A DNA stretch of 64,000 nucleotides from the NCBI GenBank assembly GCA_002633005.1, contig NMRA01000727.1:114216-178215 (forward strand), written 5' to 3'. Numbering within the stretch: the stretch's first letter is position 1; each line of letters begins with the position of its first letter. The notes below the pieces were generated by a model. That model was not told the origin of the DNA, made no database searches, and saw only the letters and a program-made list of their open reading frames with translations. The translations under genes were made by a program, and so were the position numbers. The DNA comes from Phoronis australis. Taxonomy: Eukaryota > Animalia > Phoronida. Shown in pieces: positions 40,501 through 54,317 of the stretch.

Positions 40501-43500
40501 ACTTGTTTTCATTAGTCTTTAGAAAACAGTACTTGTCAAATTTCTACCATCTGAAGTAACCTGGAAAACTCTTCACGAAGCCTGCCAATTCGAAAACTGC
40601 GACTGAAATTCACCTAGCGCTTTTATTTCTCAGTGAAGGTACCAATTGTGTATCCCCAGGTGATGGAACCGATTTCTAATAGGATGGCCAAAAGAAACTG
40701 GTGTAATAAAGTTCCGAAATTCGTGTAGCAAATAAATGAATGCAATATAAAATTTGGTTCCCAGAAGTCTAACTCTTTGCATACCATAGATCCAGGAGAC
40801 TGACACCGTTTGGAGTAACGCCACCGTGAGGAACGGAAAAAGCAATCCGTACCAATCGATGAGGTTCTGTAAGTACATGCCACCCTGCAAGGAAGACAAA
40901 CGAAACATCACAACAATCATGGTGACAATAAAGTCACCCATTTGCAGACAACGCTTAATGTTAATAGCACCTTATAAACATGTCCAAACTTGACTGATTT
41001 TAGAAAATCATACTTCAAAAACGGCTAATCGGGTTTGCATGAACTGTGCAGATACGGTGCATTATGTACTTTCCTCCAAAACGCATCTCTTATAAGATTC
41101 CACTTTTACAAGAACGTTAATCAATAATAAGACTTGAGGAAACTCCAAAGTCGCATGAAACGAAAACGAAATGATGTTTTAAGAAATTGTAAGAGCATTT
41201 TGGAGACACCATATTGAACATTTATATCGAATAAAATTTGATCGTGTAATTGATAACCTTGTTTGGTTACAATGTAGATTTACATTTTGCTAAATTCTTT
41301 CTCAAAAGGCATGGTCACGTGACACAATTAATTTCAAATTGGTAAATAGTCAAGATTTAAATTCTACATTTGTTTTCCGAAAATACAGCGTATATACTTT
41401 GTGGGTTAAAATTTATGATTTTGTAGATACAATGTATTTAAATAAGTACACGTATGTGCACTTGTCAATAAGGTCCTACAAAACCAATTCATACTGAATC
41501 ACATTGATAAGCACTGATGAAAAACAAATTTTACTAATGAATTAGAACATCACTTATTTTATATGGTTATTGTTTCATTAATAAAATTGTTCAGTTGCGC
41601 CTTTTGCACGCATGTCTATAGGAATCGCTAACTATTTACCACGGCGACACAGGCAAAGGGTACAGTTTTATCATCACACGGAAAGACTTGGGCTACAATC
41701 GCTCATGTTCTGAGCTATGGTTAGAGTGATCAGATAAGAGTGATCGTATGTGATCAAATCCAGTGCCAAACAACACAGACCTGGTTTACAACAGTTTTAA
41801 GCCTACAATTCGGAGAAAATGATATTCACAGCGTTGGGTGTTTGATTTCTCAAACTGAAATCATGACTTTAAATCGCACCTGAAATAGGTTTACGTACAT
41901 GTAGTGACTGCTGATTACGTTTCCACGTTCTTAGAATAGAGATGCCAGCATATGATATACAAGTTTAATAAGCAATGCAAACGTGTTAGGGGATTTTCAG
42001 AAGAATTGGGTGTAAGGAACCAGTCAGCATTCATATCCTGCACAAAACGAAGACTTTATGCAGATGTGGTCACCAATCAAAAGGTCAGCATATATCTTCA
42101 TTACTTACGTATTTTACATGTTTTTTTTGTTTGAAAACAGCCTGCTGTGATGAATTGTGTTCGCAAGGCATTTGGCCACGATACAGTAGATGGTAAAGTG
42201 AGTCCCATATCAGTGAATTGAAAACAGAATAACCTTCTTTTCAAGCAGCAAATTGGTTATTTTCCAATCCCTTAATATCCCTGACTTCTAACCCAGATAT
42301 TTTCATACTTGTACTTGACATCAAAGTCGAAAACATGTTTTACCTCTTCCGTCCCGCTTTGATATGAAATCAGGATAGGTGTCTATTATTGAGAGTTCGA
42401 GTACATTATGGTTTATGCATACGAGTTTCTAGTCCACGTTCGGATTTGATGGCCCATAGATTTGGGCTACAACCTCGAGTGAAAACTCTAAAGTCCATGT
42501 TGGTATTTGAACAGCTTTAGTTCTTTGAATACAAATGAAAGCTATGTTAAAGCAACCACCCGCTTAAACCATTACATACTCGGGTACAAAATTATAAACA
42601 TCTATCTTGACTTTTTGTTAGAGTAGAACGGAAAATTTGAATAAAATTGGGGCCCTGAATTAAAAATTAAAGCGTTAACTCACAGGACATGAGTAGATGA
42701 CCGATATACAAAACCCTGCAACACACAAGAATAGCCTAATTATCCCACGTCTGTATTTGTGGAGACATTTACTGCCCAGGAAGTCTTCTATACCTGCTGT
42801 CAACAAGTCTAGGTCCACGAACTGAAACGAGAGGAAAACTAGAAATTCAGCTGGTTGGAGCGTAAGATAAACAGGCGATAATAATGATCGAGGAAAGCAC
42901 ACGTTTTCGGTGTTGTCTTTATTAAAATAAAAACTGTTTGTAAAATCTTGCAATGGCGCTTTTCAGCATGGGAAGCACACGTGCTGGATTATTCAATTGC
43001 CCTTTAAAAAAGCCGAGTTATACGGTAATTGTGGGGATGATCAACCCACACATAACCATAATATCACATTGTGACACATCGTAAGTGCTTTTAGTTCAAT
43101 CTTGCTTTTATCACTCAAGTGAGACGCAAACGAGACAGAACGAGGATTGGTTGAAATCACCAAAACAAAATTTAGTACGGTTTATTTTGCTCTTAATTAA
43201 CTAGCATGCAACAATATAAAAGTGAAGTGAACGACCCGGCAATGATTCCAGATCTTTGTTCTGCCTTGACCTCCACTGAATTTGAAGTTAGCCACCTGTC
43301 AGCGGGATCCTAAATATACATCTGTATCTTAAAGACTGTTGAAATCATTGCGCTTGTCATCAATGCACGACGTTTTCCGAAGATGTTTAACTATTCTTTT
43401 CATCAAAACATCTCCAAATATTGTATAATACAAAAGACAAAACGTTACTTTGAAAGAAACATAGGAATTTGAAAACTAATCATTGAGACGTTACTGCCAA

Positions 43501-45820
43501 GCCACACAAATTCTCAAGTAATTCGTAGATACAGGTGTACATGTACGTACTCAGAACTACCGATTTCGGGACGATTACAGAGTACGGAGATGTTTACCAA
43601 GAATCCATTAGTTGTATCGATATCAGCTTTACTTACATGTGAATCAATACCGAGCATCAAAATCATAACAAAGAACAACACCGACCACACAGCACTGGCT
43701 GGCATCAAGGAAATGACTTCCGGAAAAGCGACGAATGCTAAACCCGGACCTGTGATGGTAAAAAAGGTGAAGATGTACAAAACTGGAAGGAAACTTACAT
43801 TTTTCATTAGTAAATGATTGCGATAATGATAATTTGATGGTCATGCAAAGGGAATTATTTGTTTTCTACATACCGGGGTATATCCACGAAAGTGGAGAAA
43901 GTCGATATCTTAAAGTTCTCTTAACTGACAGAATTTGGCCTGTTTACTACCAATCAGTTTCTTGCTTTCACAACGTCACAGTGTTGCTCGCCGGATGATT
44001 GAGGTGTTGGCTGCGCTTGCGCAAATGAAGTCTTAACTATCCTGGGCAACACAGTCAAGATAAAGTATACGTAGTCGATTATTTTTTGTTATTATGAACC
44101 ATTGTCAAAGTAAAATGAGTCAAATGACAAACCTCCAACAACGACTTCATCCATCGGCAGTCCGGTGTAAAGAGACATATGGCCGAGGCAACTGAAGATC
44201 AGAAAACCAGCCAAGAAACTAGTCAGCATGTTTACGACCCCGATCAAGAAAACGTCTCTGAAAGTAAGTGTTAGAGACAAAACTGGGAGTTCGTGGATTT
44301 ACTGTTTGGTCACTGGAAGTGAAAACACAAGTAGACCACGATTTACATTCTTTGGTTAAATGGTGCTCTTAGCATTCGCTTTATTTTCAAAACTTTCAAT
44401 GCTTTTAAAAACACAAGCCATTGCATCTAACTAATGAAGACGCAAAGTCCCATGTTCAGGTGAACTGCACGTAGTTCATAATCTCTACACCTCCAGAACA
44501 TAAAATAGATGCCACAAATTCCTTGATTTACAGATTATGAATCAAAAATCAAATTCTACAGAACTGAATCGTGTATAAATCAGAGCTGACTCGCACAAAT
44601 CAGAAAATGCTATTAAAATTACACAATTATTTGTATCAGCCTTCAAACTGTTTGTATGGGCGTTCACTCTTTTAGTTACAGACAAATGTGTCATCATCTG
44701 CTGCAGTGAAACCTCTGACCTACACTGTATGGTTAGTATTGAAAGTTCAGTGGGCAATACAGAGTATGAATTTATCGGACAGAATTATGGTCTCCATAAT
44801 GACGGTCCCCGTTAAAACTTTCGGCTTGATGCCATTTTAAATGTAATGAAGATACGAAAACATTTGTTAAAAGGTGCAGAATACGCAACATTGGGGTATT
44901 TTTAGAACAAAAAATGAAAAATTCAAATTCGTTCACATTACCAAGATCTCTCCACAAGCTTATTTTTCAATGTCCACAGCCCAACAAACTGGCTTGTAGA
45001 AGCACTCTAGAGACACCCACTTTCAACATTACAAAAAGTGCATCCAAGTTTAGCTCCCCTGTCACGTGATGATAGCAGGGAATTTGTATTTATGAGTTTA
45101 ATTAATTTGGTAGTCCTTATATATGATTTCCTAATCTCACTGTTTTTTTTCTCTCATTGCATTTGATCTACCTGTTCTTGATCATGGAAAATGGTCATTT
45201 TATGGTGAACTTTTGAAAGCATATAGGTAAAAGTTAAAAGGGCAATAAGTGCAAAACTGTGATTTTTGTTTCAGGGGCATTCCATGATCACCTACACAAA
45301 GTTCAAGTTAAATCCAAAATATGGAACGCTGAGTGATTTTTTTTTCTTTTTTGATTTTCTCGTGGAATGTCTCCTAACATGGGATAAAGTCTCTCCAATA
45401 TAACCAAGATTTTGTATTTTTACTTGCAGTGACAGCAAAGCAGAATGTCTTACCTGTAGCAGTTGTCATTGAACTTCCCATAGCTACTCAAAGTGACTGC
45501 AGCGCCACCAGCCAAACCCAGGGAGTAAAATATTTGAACGGCAGCATCGCCCCAAACCTGGAGACAACATTGACGTCGTTGGATTGAGTAAGCAACCCAA
45601 AATATATAAAGCGAAACAACACTGTACGCGTGATCCATGGAGGGAACAATGAACGGAAAGAAGAACGGAAAGGAGAGATGGGGCGGAATAAGGAGGTGAG
45701 GAAAAGAGGGAGGGAGGAAGGTGGTCGTACATGTAGTTGAGGAGCGACGGAAGGGAGGAAGTACAGCATATGGGATAGGAGGATGAGGGAGAGAGAGAGA
45801 GAGAGAATGGGATAGGAGGA

Positions 45821-45853
<33 letters not shown>

Positions 45854-48800
45854 NNNNNNNNNNNNNNNNNNNNNNNNNNNNNNNNNNNNNNNNNNNNGAG
45901 GGAGGGAGGGAGGGAGAGAGAGAGAGAGAGAGATAGAGAGAGACAGCAGGGGGATGGAGGGATGGAGTTACGGAGGGAGTTAGGGAGGGAGAGAGGAAGG
46001 GAGGGAGGGAGGGGTAGTGCGAGGAGGATGAGGGTATAAGAGCTAGGGAGGAAGACGGAGGGAAGCAAAGAAATGAATAAAGGTAGAGACGGTAACTTGA
46101 CAATTTCCTTTACCGTCTGCCACCCATTCATTGATATCGAGACTTCACCCGTAAATACACTTTTACATGCACATGTAAATGTATGAAAAATACTTTGACA
46201 CTTATCGTCTGTGATTTAGCTGCTCACAAAAACGGATTCCAACCACTGAGGTTGTGAGACTCGGAAAACCACTTTTCTTTCCGACAATGTCATTTTGTTT
46301 AGCTGGCCATAAAATGAAAATTGAATTAGGCACAAACTCCGATAATAATCCTTACAGCGATAGGATTACATTTCTGTTATCAAGAGCATTGATACGTCAG
46401 CGATTCATGAAAACTTGACAAAGTTAGTGTGCGTTAGCCAACCTTAAAATGCGGATTCGGAAGTAGCGCATACTGTATTCGTATTGTCTGTGTGTTGTCA
46501 GTTCGTTCGACAATAATTCAAGATTGAATGAACATGATAATGTTATAAACCCCCAAAGCACTAGTTCGCTTTTGAATTCAACTTTGAAATCTAAACGAGG
46601 GGTATATGCGGTTTTATTTATTGGAGCTACGTGCATATCACTATTTGAGTACTTAATTATTTATGTAATGCAATAACCTAAACTTTACGCACTTTCGGTG
46701 TCAATAGCTGTCCCCATCGTGGCTTCAGAAAGTAGACAATCCCCGTTGAGGCTCCTTCAAGGGATAATCCTCTTACAAGCAAAATTAAGAGGATTGCGTA
46801 CGGCAAGATTGCGGTGACGTAAACAATCTAAATACACAAGAGAAAAGTTAAAGATACCAATATGTTTCTTACCTATCTTTTCTGCAAATAATGAGAGACG
46901 CCATAGTCACGTGATACTTGCCAACGTAGAAAGCAATAATACATGTAAAAGTACAAAACAATTTGAATTTATGTAAGGTTTTAAAATCGATTTTATCTGG
47001 AAACTTACACGAATGTTTCACTCAAATTACCCGTCCTCTTTATACCACCATTTGTAATATTCTGTTTTTCTAACGAAGGTCGGTTAGAAGACGTCTCTCA
47101 GTAAGAAACAATTACGATTATGTTTTTATGTACATGTATATATAACCTAGGTCAAGCTTTCTCTCAATAAGAGTGTCAGTACTCCTTTAAAAAGAAGCCA
47201 AATCTTGCTTTGATGATTTCGACCAATCCTAATGCACCATTGGCGTCAATGTTGCAAGTGAATGGCAAGAATTAACCAAAAACGCATATTTCTTAGCTCA
47301 CAAATTAGACATTATAGTTCTTGGTGAGTGTTCTTTTCCCGTGTAATTCGGTAAAAGCGTACATGCAGGTCCTGCTTGCTTGTTTAGCAAATTTTTCAAA
47401 CGTTTGAGGGTCGTTGGGGGTTACTTTGCATTATTTTGTTTCAGAGAACTGGATGGGGAAATCGTTGTTACTATCTGTTGATAGGCCACAACAGTAGTTG
47501 GTATCCTTTCAATAATATTGCCTACAAGTTATAATAGACCAGGCCAAGTTATGACATTTTCTGAATCTTTTGCACTGAATACCCCCATTCCATTTTTACC
47601 ATACTTGTGTACACAGATGGAGTCGAATCTAATGGATGATTAAAATTCATGCATGCGCATGTTTGTCGGTGTATATTATTGTACACCTGTTTTGTAAGTA
47701 TTGTAGACGAATGGCCTCGAGTACGAACACACGTCTTCCTATTTTTAGAATGTTCTGGTCGCTCATGAAGCGCCCGTCTTATGTTATGCAAGAAGGTTGT
47801 GCGTTGCACTTTTAATTGGCGTGACCACCGATGTTTTTGAAAAATGGGAAAGATGACCAGCTAACGTGTACGAACAATGAGATAAGAAATCGTAAATGAT
47901 GGTAACTTACTTTCCCAGTGATTCGGATTCCTTTGACTACGCAGAGAAAAACGACGGTGTAACATAACAGAGCCAGTAAGCATAATTGCCAGTCTGGTAC
48001 ACCGTAGTCATCCAAGCCACTAGAAATCTTCAAGACGTAGTTGCTGTAAAACGAAAGGACGCGAGCTCATTTACAAAAATATCATTTTGTAAGATCCAAG
48101 ATCCACACAAATCTAGCCTACGTCAAAACAGCTATCGGTCTCTTCCTTCTTCGGTTATATCAACAGAAGTCGGGAGGAGAATGTGAAATAGGAAAGGAAC
48201 AGACGAGAGATGGGGAGAGGGTAAAGGGGAGAGTTAGAGAGAAGGAAGAAGGNNNNNNNNNNNNNNNNNNNNNNNNNNNNNNNNNNNNNNNNNNNNNNNN
48301 NNNNNNNNNNNNNNNNNNNNNNNNNNNNNNNNNNNNNNNNNNNNNNNNNNNNNNNNNNNNNNNNNNNNNNNNNNNNNNNNNNNNNNNNNNNNNNNNNNNN
48401 NNNNNNNNNNNNNNNNNNNNNNNNNNNNNNNNNNNNNNNNNNNNNNNNNNNNNNNNNNNNNNNNNNNNNNNNNNNNNNNNNNNNNNNNNNNNNNNNNNNN
48501 NNNNNNNNNNNNNNNNNNNNNNNNNNNNNNNNNNNNNNNNNNNNNNNNNNNNNNNNNNNNNNNNNNNNNNNNNNNNNNNNNNNNNNNNNNNNNNNNNNNN
48601 NNNNNNNNNNNNNNNNNNNNNNNNNNNNNNNNNNNNNNNNNNNNNNNNNNNNNNNNNNNNNNNNNNNNNNNNNNNNNNNNNNNNNNNNNNNNNNNNNNNN
48701 NNNNNNNNNNNNNNNNNNNNNNNNNNNNNNNNNNNNNNNNNNNNNNNNNNNNNNNNNNNNNNNNNNNNNNNNNNNNNNNNNNNNNNNNNNNNNNNNNNNN

Positions 48801-51800
48801 NNNNNNNNNNNNNNNNNNNNNNNNNNNNNNNNNNNNNNNNNNNNNNNNNNNNNNNNNNNNNNNNNNNNNNNNNNNNNNNNNNNNNNNNNNNNNNNNNNNN
48901 NNNNNNNNNNNNNNNNNNNNNNNNNNNNNNNNNNNNNNNNNNNNNNNNNNNNNNNNNNNNNNNNNNNNNNNNNNNNNNNNNNNNNNNNNNNNNNNNNNNN
49001 NNNNNNNNNNNNNNNNNNNNNNNNNNNNNNNNNNNNNNNNNNNNNNNNNNNNNNNNNNNNGAGCTTGTAAGCCTCTTCGATGTCAGCATCTAGTTTTGCA
49101 GCTCAGTTGGCACTAAGACCCTTGAGGTTGCCAAGCCCATTCAAAAGACTTACATGCGCAACTAAATTTGATCCGTTCATCATGGACTACTTCGAACCTT
49201 GATGATGTATCCCAGGACCTATTTGCATCTCTTGCAATTTTCGAAATAAATGTCCCAATGTCTGAACGCTTGAAACCCGAAGTACTAACATCATGGGCAT
49301 GAGCGTTTCATCAGGTGGGCCTTTCTGAGGAAATTCCCAGTATAGAAGACGGCAGTGTGTTTATTGCAGGTAGAAAGACGGTAGGTGTTGAGGTCAGAAC
49401 TAGGGCTCCTCAGGAGGCCTACTGAACATCGCACGAGTCTCGCAAGACTGTTGTGAAAGAACAGCCTCTCTGCAATTTCTGGTACTGTACACTTTTTGCG
49501 AATGCAGTCACTTTGTCAATGTGAGTCCCCCTTGGCCATTCCTTGAATAGACATAACTTGTTAGAGTGTATCTTCAAACGGACTCGCGACCAGACCACGG
49601 GGCCAGCCACAACAGCAATTCTTCGGGAAAAGTTTTTTTTTCATGCTTGGCTACTTCAGAAGTGTCGACGGAAGAGCGCGCACAATTGATCTCCGCGCGT
49701 TTTGCCGATGAGCCACGAAGACTCAGCAATTCACAATGCAAAAAAAATATATTTTCAGAGTGAACCCCCCCCCTCAATGTTTTCCAAGTTGGTTTACTTG
49801 GAGTTTATTTTTGGGTCCTGGCCCAAGGGGGGGTTAAACCCCCTGAGTCCCCCCCCCGTAGATCCGCCACTGCTTTCCCAGCAACCGAGTGCCGATTCAC
49901 GGTTTTACTACCGCTCGTCGAGTCAGCCCACTTTGACTGATTCTGCGATTCAAGCTAATCAGTTTCAGACTGTATATTTGTAGGCAACACAATAAACGTT
50001 ACGTACTTGAAGAACTCCTCGGATGAAGTGTGTGTTGCATTGCTTGCGTTTCTTAAGCTGTACTCGCTGAATGTTGAGTGATTCAATTCTGGCTTTACTA
50101 TGTTTGTTCGATTGCATATGCGATCTGAAATTTAGCGATACTGTAAGCCTCTAAGTTTCGACCAACAACATGCAAGGAAAGGTGTACCCACAGTTCTCAT
50201 CATCTTCTCTCATTTGGTAACAAAACCAGTTAAACGAAAAGTATACTCAGTGTGTACATGTACCTGTGTTTATAAGTGTAGGTCCAACACACTCAGAGCC
50301 CTCTATAAGCTGACGAGCTCTATTCTGAAACGCGTTAAATGTGATGATTATGCATTTCGGGAGTTACACAATTTCAAATGCGAGCTACTGAACTTCATTT
50401 GATTCAAGGCGATTGTGGATATCAAGACGACGTGGCAAAATCAAATTAAAGTGAATAATGTTTTATTTATTTTCCCAATCATGCCATGATTTTTTATGCG
50501 CCCATATTATGCACACATATAAAATTGTACTTAGCCGAGAATTAATGGGAGACAGAATACATGTACTATCTAATGCTGGCCTCAATGTAGACTGTATATT
50601 GTAGATAAACAGTTAGCCAAGCAAGACCTATAATATTAGCATTATGCTGTGTCCTCAGCCTTGTTTGACATAAGCACCCACAATTGCAAGTAATTTTCGA
50701 AGCAAGCCGCGGAGATACCCAATCTTAAAGTTTGCTTCAAAATATTGCTCCAAAATAATTATCGTTTTTCACAAGATCTTTAATAAGTTCTTGTCATCAC
50801 AAGCTTAATCTTTTGCTCTGAAAAAAATTAAGTTATTTTAGTAAAAACCTACGTTCATTTTCGCAAGAATTTCATGTCTTTGCCGTGCACGTACCTTCTT
50901 AACAAAGGCGCCACCCAAGCGATAATGACTAAAGAGATAAACGAGTAAAACGCGTTCAGCATGTAGTTTTTAGGTCGTATACACGGGGACTTCCTAGATT
51001 TCCCATTTCTTGATATACGGCTTTGTGAATGCAACTTGAAAAGAAGATTACTCTGTTTTACCTGTTGCATTGGCTGCCCTATCCACGCACCAAGGGGTGT
51101 TCCACTCATTGCAACACGTCGTCCACGGAAGTGGACTTGTGAAGGATTCGAACAGATAAAAGTAGCTGTAAGTCATGGTCATGCCGTATAAAGGGCAACT
51201 CATCCATTTGACGAGGAAGATGCAATGGCCAATTCCTGAAATTTGAATTAGAACAATGTGATTCTGATATTTTCTACGTATCAACCATTTTATGTGCTGA
51301 ATTTGTTACCATCATCATTTCAATGTTTAGCTTTGATATCGATCTCGGTGTGCAAAATATCACATAAGTGTCACGCACTCAATGAACGGGAAGACGCAAA
51401 AATGCCGCTACCTACTCAATGAACATTGTATTTAAAATAAATGACATTTGAAACAAATTAAGAGACTTTGGGGAAACTCGCCTATGTTTCATTTAAACAC
51501 CAGCTACATTATACCCATAAGTTTGTCATATGATGAGCAAAAACTGGAAGAAGTCTTCGTCCAGGGTTTACTCGCCAGGCGCCATACAGCGCTTAGGAAA
51601 GTTTCCACTCAATCCCATTTCTGCAAAACCTGTCGGCTTCCAATTGCCATACATGTAAGAATGTGCAGCAAACGACTTTTTAAATTTATTTCGTGAGTAT
51701 TGGTAAATACACCAGACAACATTTCTGCCCTGAAATGAAATCGTCATTATAAATCTGGGCAACAGGTAAACATTTTAGAAATTAATTATCATAGAACGAT

Positions 51801-52714
51801 ACAAAACAATAATATGTACAGTACATACATACACACACGCGCGCACAGACACGCACAGACACGCGCGCACACACACGCACACACACACACACATACATGT
51901 ATATACATGAACGCTTAGGTAAGCAAAAGATACACACGTAGGTTTTCGTACACATACGTATGTACATGTATGCTGGTAAGAAAAAAAGGAATCTGGTGAT
52001 ATGGAAAGCAGTTACTGTACAATGTACTTTACAATAAAGGTAAGCCACCACGGAGATAGTTAGCAAATTCACAAGGAAGTTACTGATTGACGTCACTTGG
52101 CATGTTACAAGAAACAAATATTAAAAGCTTATACATGTATTTAACAATATATCTGGGAATGCTCTTAATGTCACCTTTAAATCACCGAAAGCCTCCAGTG
52201 TCCGGAGTAAAGGATTTCGAAAATGACTAACGTAGTGACGGCAATGAAGTTAGATAGTGACCGGTGACGATCGCCTCAAGGGACCAAATAGTCCTAAAGC
52301 GTTGTATAAGTTAAAACAAACTTGAGTAGAATTATCATCTTCCTGTTTCCAATTCTTAATTCGTGTGAATGAACAAGAGTACTGTGTTAACACTTAGCCA
52401 ACAACAATTGTATACTGTACACGAAGATACCGTGAAGCGGCCCAGCTTCGTTTCATAAGTCAATTTACCTATTGTTTTTAGTTTTTGTAGTTATAGGAAC
52501 ATCTTGTAATTGTAATCCATTAACCTGTGTATACTTCTAAAGCCGTTTGAACGACTTTTGATTTTCAATAGTAAAGCATTACCTCTGAGCAAAGGTGTTA
52601 TTGTCCACGCCTTTACAAATGTCCGAGAAGAATACTGTCCGACACTTAACTCGAGCAGCAACAGGGGCAAGCCCAGTAACAAGGTCATCAGGCAGTACGG
52701 AACAAGGAAGGCAC
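37560..52714 (-). CDS. SLC6: SLC6 (neurotransmitter/amino acid:sodium symporter) family transporter, 13 exons found (TM2-TM12 and C-tail), 5' end missing
   Basis: Exons 52714-52583, 51235-51062, 50124-50007, 48043-47911, 46827-46693, 45557-45454, 44257-44133, 43749-43637, 42821-42684, 40884-40785, 39427-39327, 38670-38506, 37715-37560, phase-consistent (about 564 aa). Motifs: [108 protein letters not shown]. Symbol is family-level. Confidence 0.92.
37831..37992 (-). mobile_element. MITE family A copy 3
   Basis: Reverse-orientation copy, perfect 5-bp TSD CTCAA. Confidence 0.85.
38717..38866 (+). repeat. Degenerate (GCA)n trinucleotide tract in an SLC6 intron
   Basis: GCAGCAGCA/GCATCA/GTAGCA runs. 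Confidence 0.9.
43000..43190 (+). repeat. Old dispersed repeat, inverted partner at about 47180-47360
   Basis: AGGATTGGTTGAAATCACCAAAACAA versus TTGCTTTGATGATTTCGACCAATCCT; similarity continues for about 150 bp. Confidence 0.5.
45640..46090 (+). repeat. Polypurine (GA)n/(GGGA)n tract with a short gap
   Basis: Long purine-rich strand with (GA)n runs either side of Ns at 45854-45897. Confidence 0.9.
48253..49060. other. Assembly gap preceded by a polypurine tract
   Basis: Run of N. Confidence 1.
51826..51900 (+). repeat. Compound (CA)n/(CGCA)n microsatellite
   Basis: Direct reading. Confidence 0.85.
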
Positions 52715-53647
52715 CTGTTAGACCAGAACAATATTAAGTTCGACATGACTGCAGTGTTCTATAAAAATGAACAAAGCTTGCCATTATACATACAGTGTAC
52801 ACTAACGAATGATGAAATGGTTGGTAAAACAGCTGTCTTTACGAGAGTATATCAAAAATAACAAAAATAAATATAAATATGTTTTTCAGACAATGTACTT
52901 TTTCAACAGAGAAAGATACATGTGTATGGTAGCACAGAAGAGCACGGATGTCTAATCGAATATCTGAAAAAATACATGTGAACGCTCGTCAGACTTCTGA
53001 ACTGCCTTCTCATTTTCCGTCCACAGTTAAAATCATTTACTAATAATCTTTGTACATTATCACTGGCGTTAATGCTACCGTTGACGGCTAGCACACTGGC
53101 TTAGATATCGACACGGGCTGCTTTTACATGTAGTATGGATGTTCGGGCAGTGTAAAGGGAACGTTTCTTTTATGCAAAGTATAGTCATTAGCACACACTA
53201 TATTTAAAGCACGTTTAGACGTACATGTAAGTCGTGCTTGCGCTGCTGACTCGCTTGGAGTTGACAATCAGTAACTTGACGTTTTAATACGTCAAGTTAA
53301 AACCTACAAGTGGGATAATGGCAGTAAGCCAGGCCCATTTTACTTTTACGTGCATGTCGACACATGCAATCGCCTTGATGCTTTCCCAGCACACACACAA
53401 CAGTTTTTCTGCTTTTAATTACGCATGTCTAGCTATTTGAAATCTCTGTATATGGGCGGGAGGTCCAAATATTTAGGGATTAGACACCGTATCTCAAAAA
53501 CCAGTAAAGCAGTCGTTGTTTTACGACATTGACGAACTTATGAAACATTTGAATATTGTCTTTATTTCAAATAACAGTTAAGGCAATCTAAAAAAATGAG
53601 GAATTTAGATTTTATTTCTTATTATGATGTTAAATAGTAACTGGTGA

Positions 53648-53767
53648 TGACATGTTTTTGTAATAGAAAGAAGCAGAAACCTGTAAAATAAATGTAAAAT
53701 ATATTGACAGAAATTAAGCATGACGTCACAAAAGGGTGACGTCATAGAAAACTATAACATCACAACA
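53648..53767 (-). repeat. 3' LTR
   Basis: Direct repeat of 56985-57110 (roughly 90% identical by eye); flanked internally by CCTCCCCGCTTT (polypurine tract on minus). Confidence 0.88.
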
Positions 53768-53913
53768 CCTCCCCGCTTTATTGAGCGAAAGCTTTTCTTT
53801 TTTAAGTCTCTGGGGCCTTCTCAAGTCGTGTAGCCCATATTCATTTCCCGTTGGAAGTCGTATTATTTTGGATCCTTACCGCAAGGTAAATGCATCTGCA
53901 TTAGAATGATCTG

Positions 53914-54317
53914 GGCCCGGTCTCCAATCTCTTTACTCGAAATGGAACTCAAAATTAGGTTTGGCATTTTCTACTCTACTTTTGGGCGAACTCAAGATAA
54001 GTGTCTATCATTCTATGCTCGAGTACACAATAACTTACGTACTAAATAATTTATTGCCCTTAGTTCACAGTTTGTAAACCCAACATTAAAGCAATAAGTT
54101 CGAGTTTGAACTCGAAATCTCGAGTTTTTACTCGAGTTTGTAGCACGAACATAAGGGTCATCAAGGGCAAACTTGAACTAGAAACTCCTATGCATAAACT
54201 ATAACGTATTCGAGCACAGTCTGATAACCAATTATCTTAAGTTCGCACAAAAGGAGCAGAGAAATTGCCAAAAATATTTTCGAGTTCGTTTCGAGTACAA
54301 AGATTAGAGACCGGGCC
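53914..54317. mobile_element. PIF/Harbinger-like MITE nested in the retrotransposon RNase H tail
   Basis: TIRs GGCCCGGTCTC(C/T)AATCT..TACTCGAAA at both ends, flanked by CTG/CAG; removing it restores the frame RKTSDHSNADA. Confidence 0.8.

Noticed and set aside
45484-46131. Ser/Leu/Pro-rich ORFs over 200 aa
   Set aside because: Translation of a (CT)n tract; only 45557-45454 is a real exon.
48160-49089. 309-aa ORF
   Set aside because: N-gap artefact.
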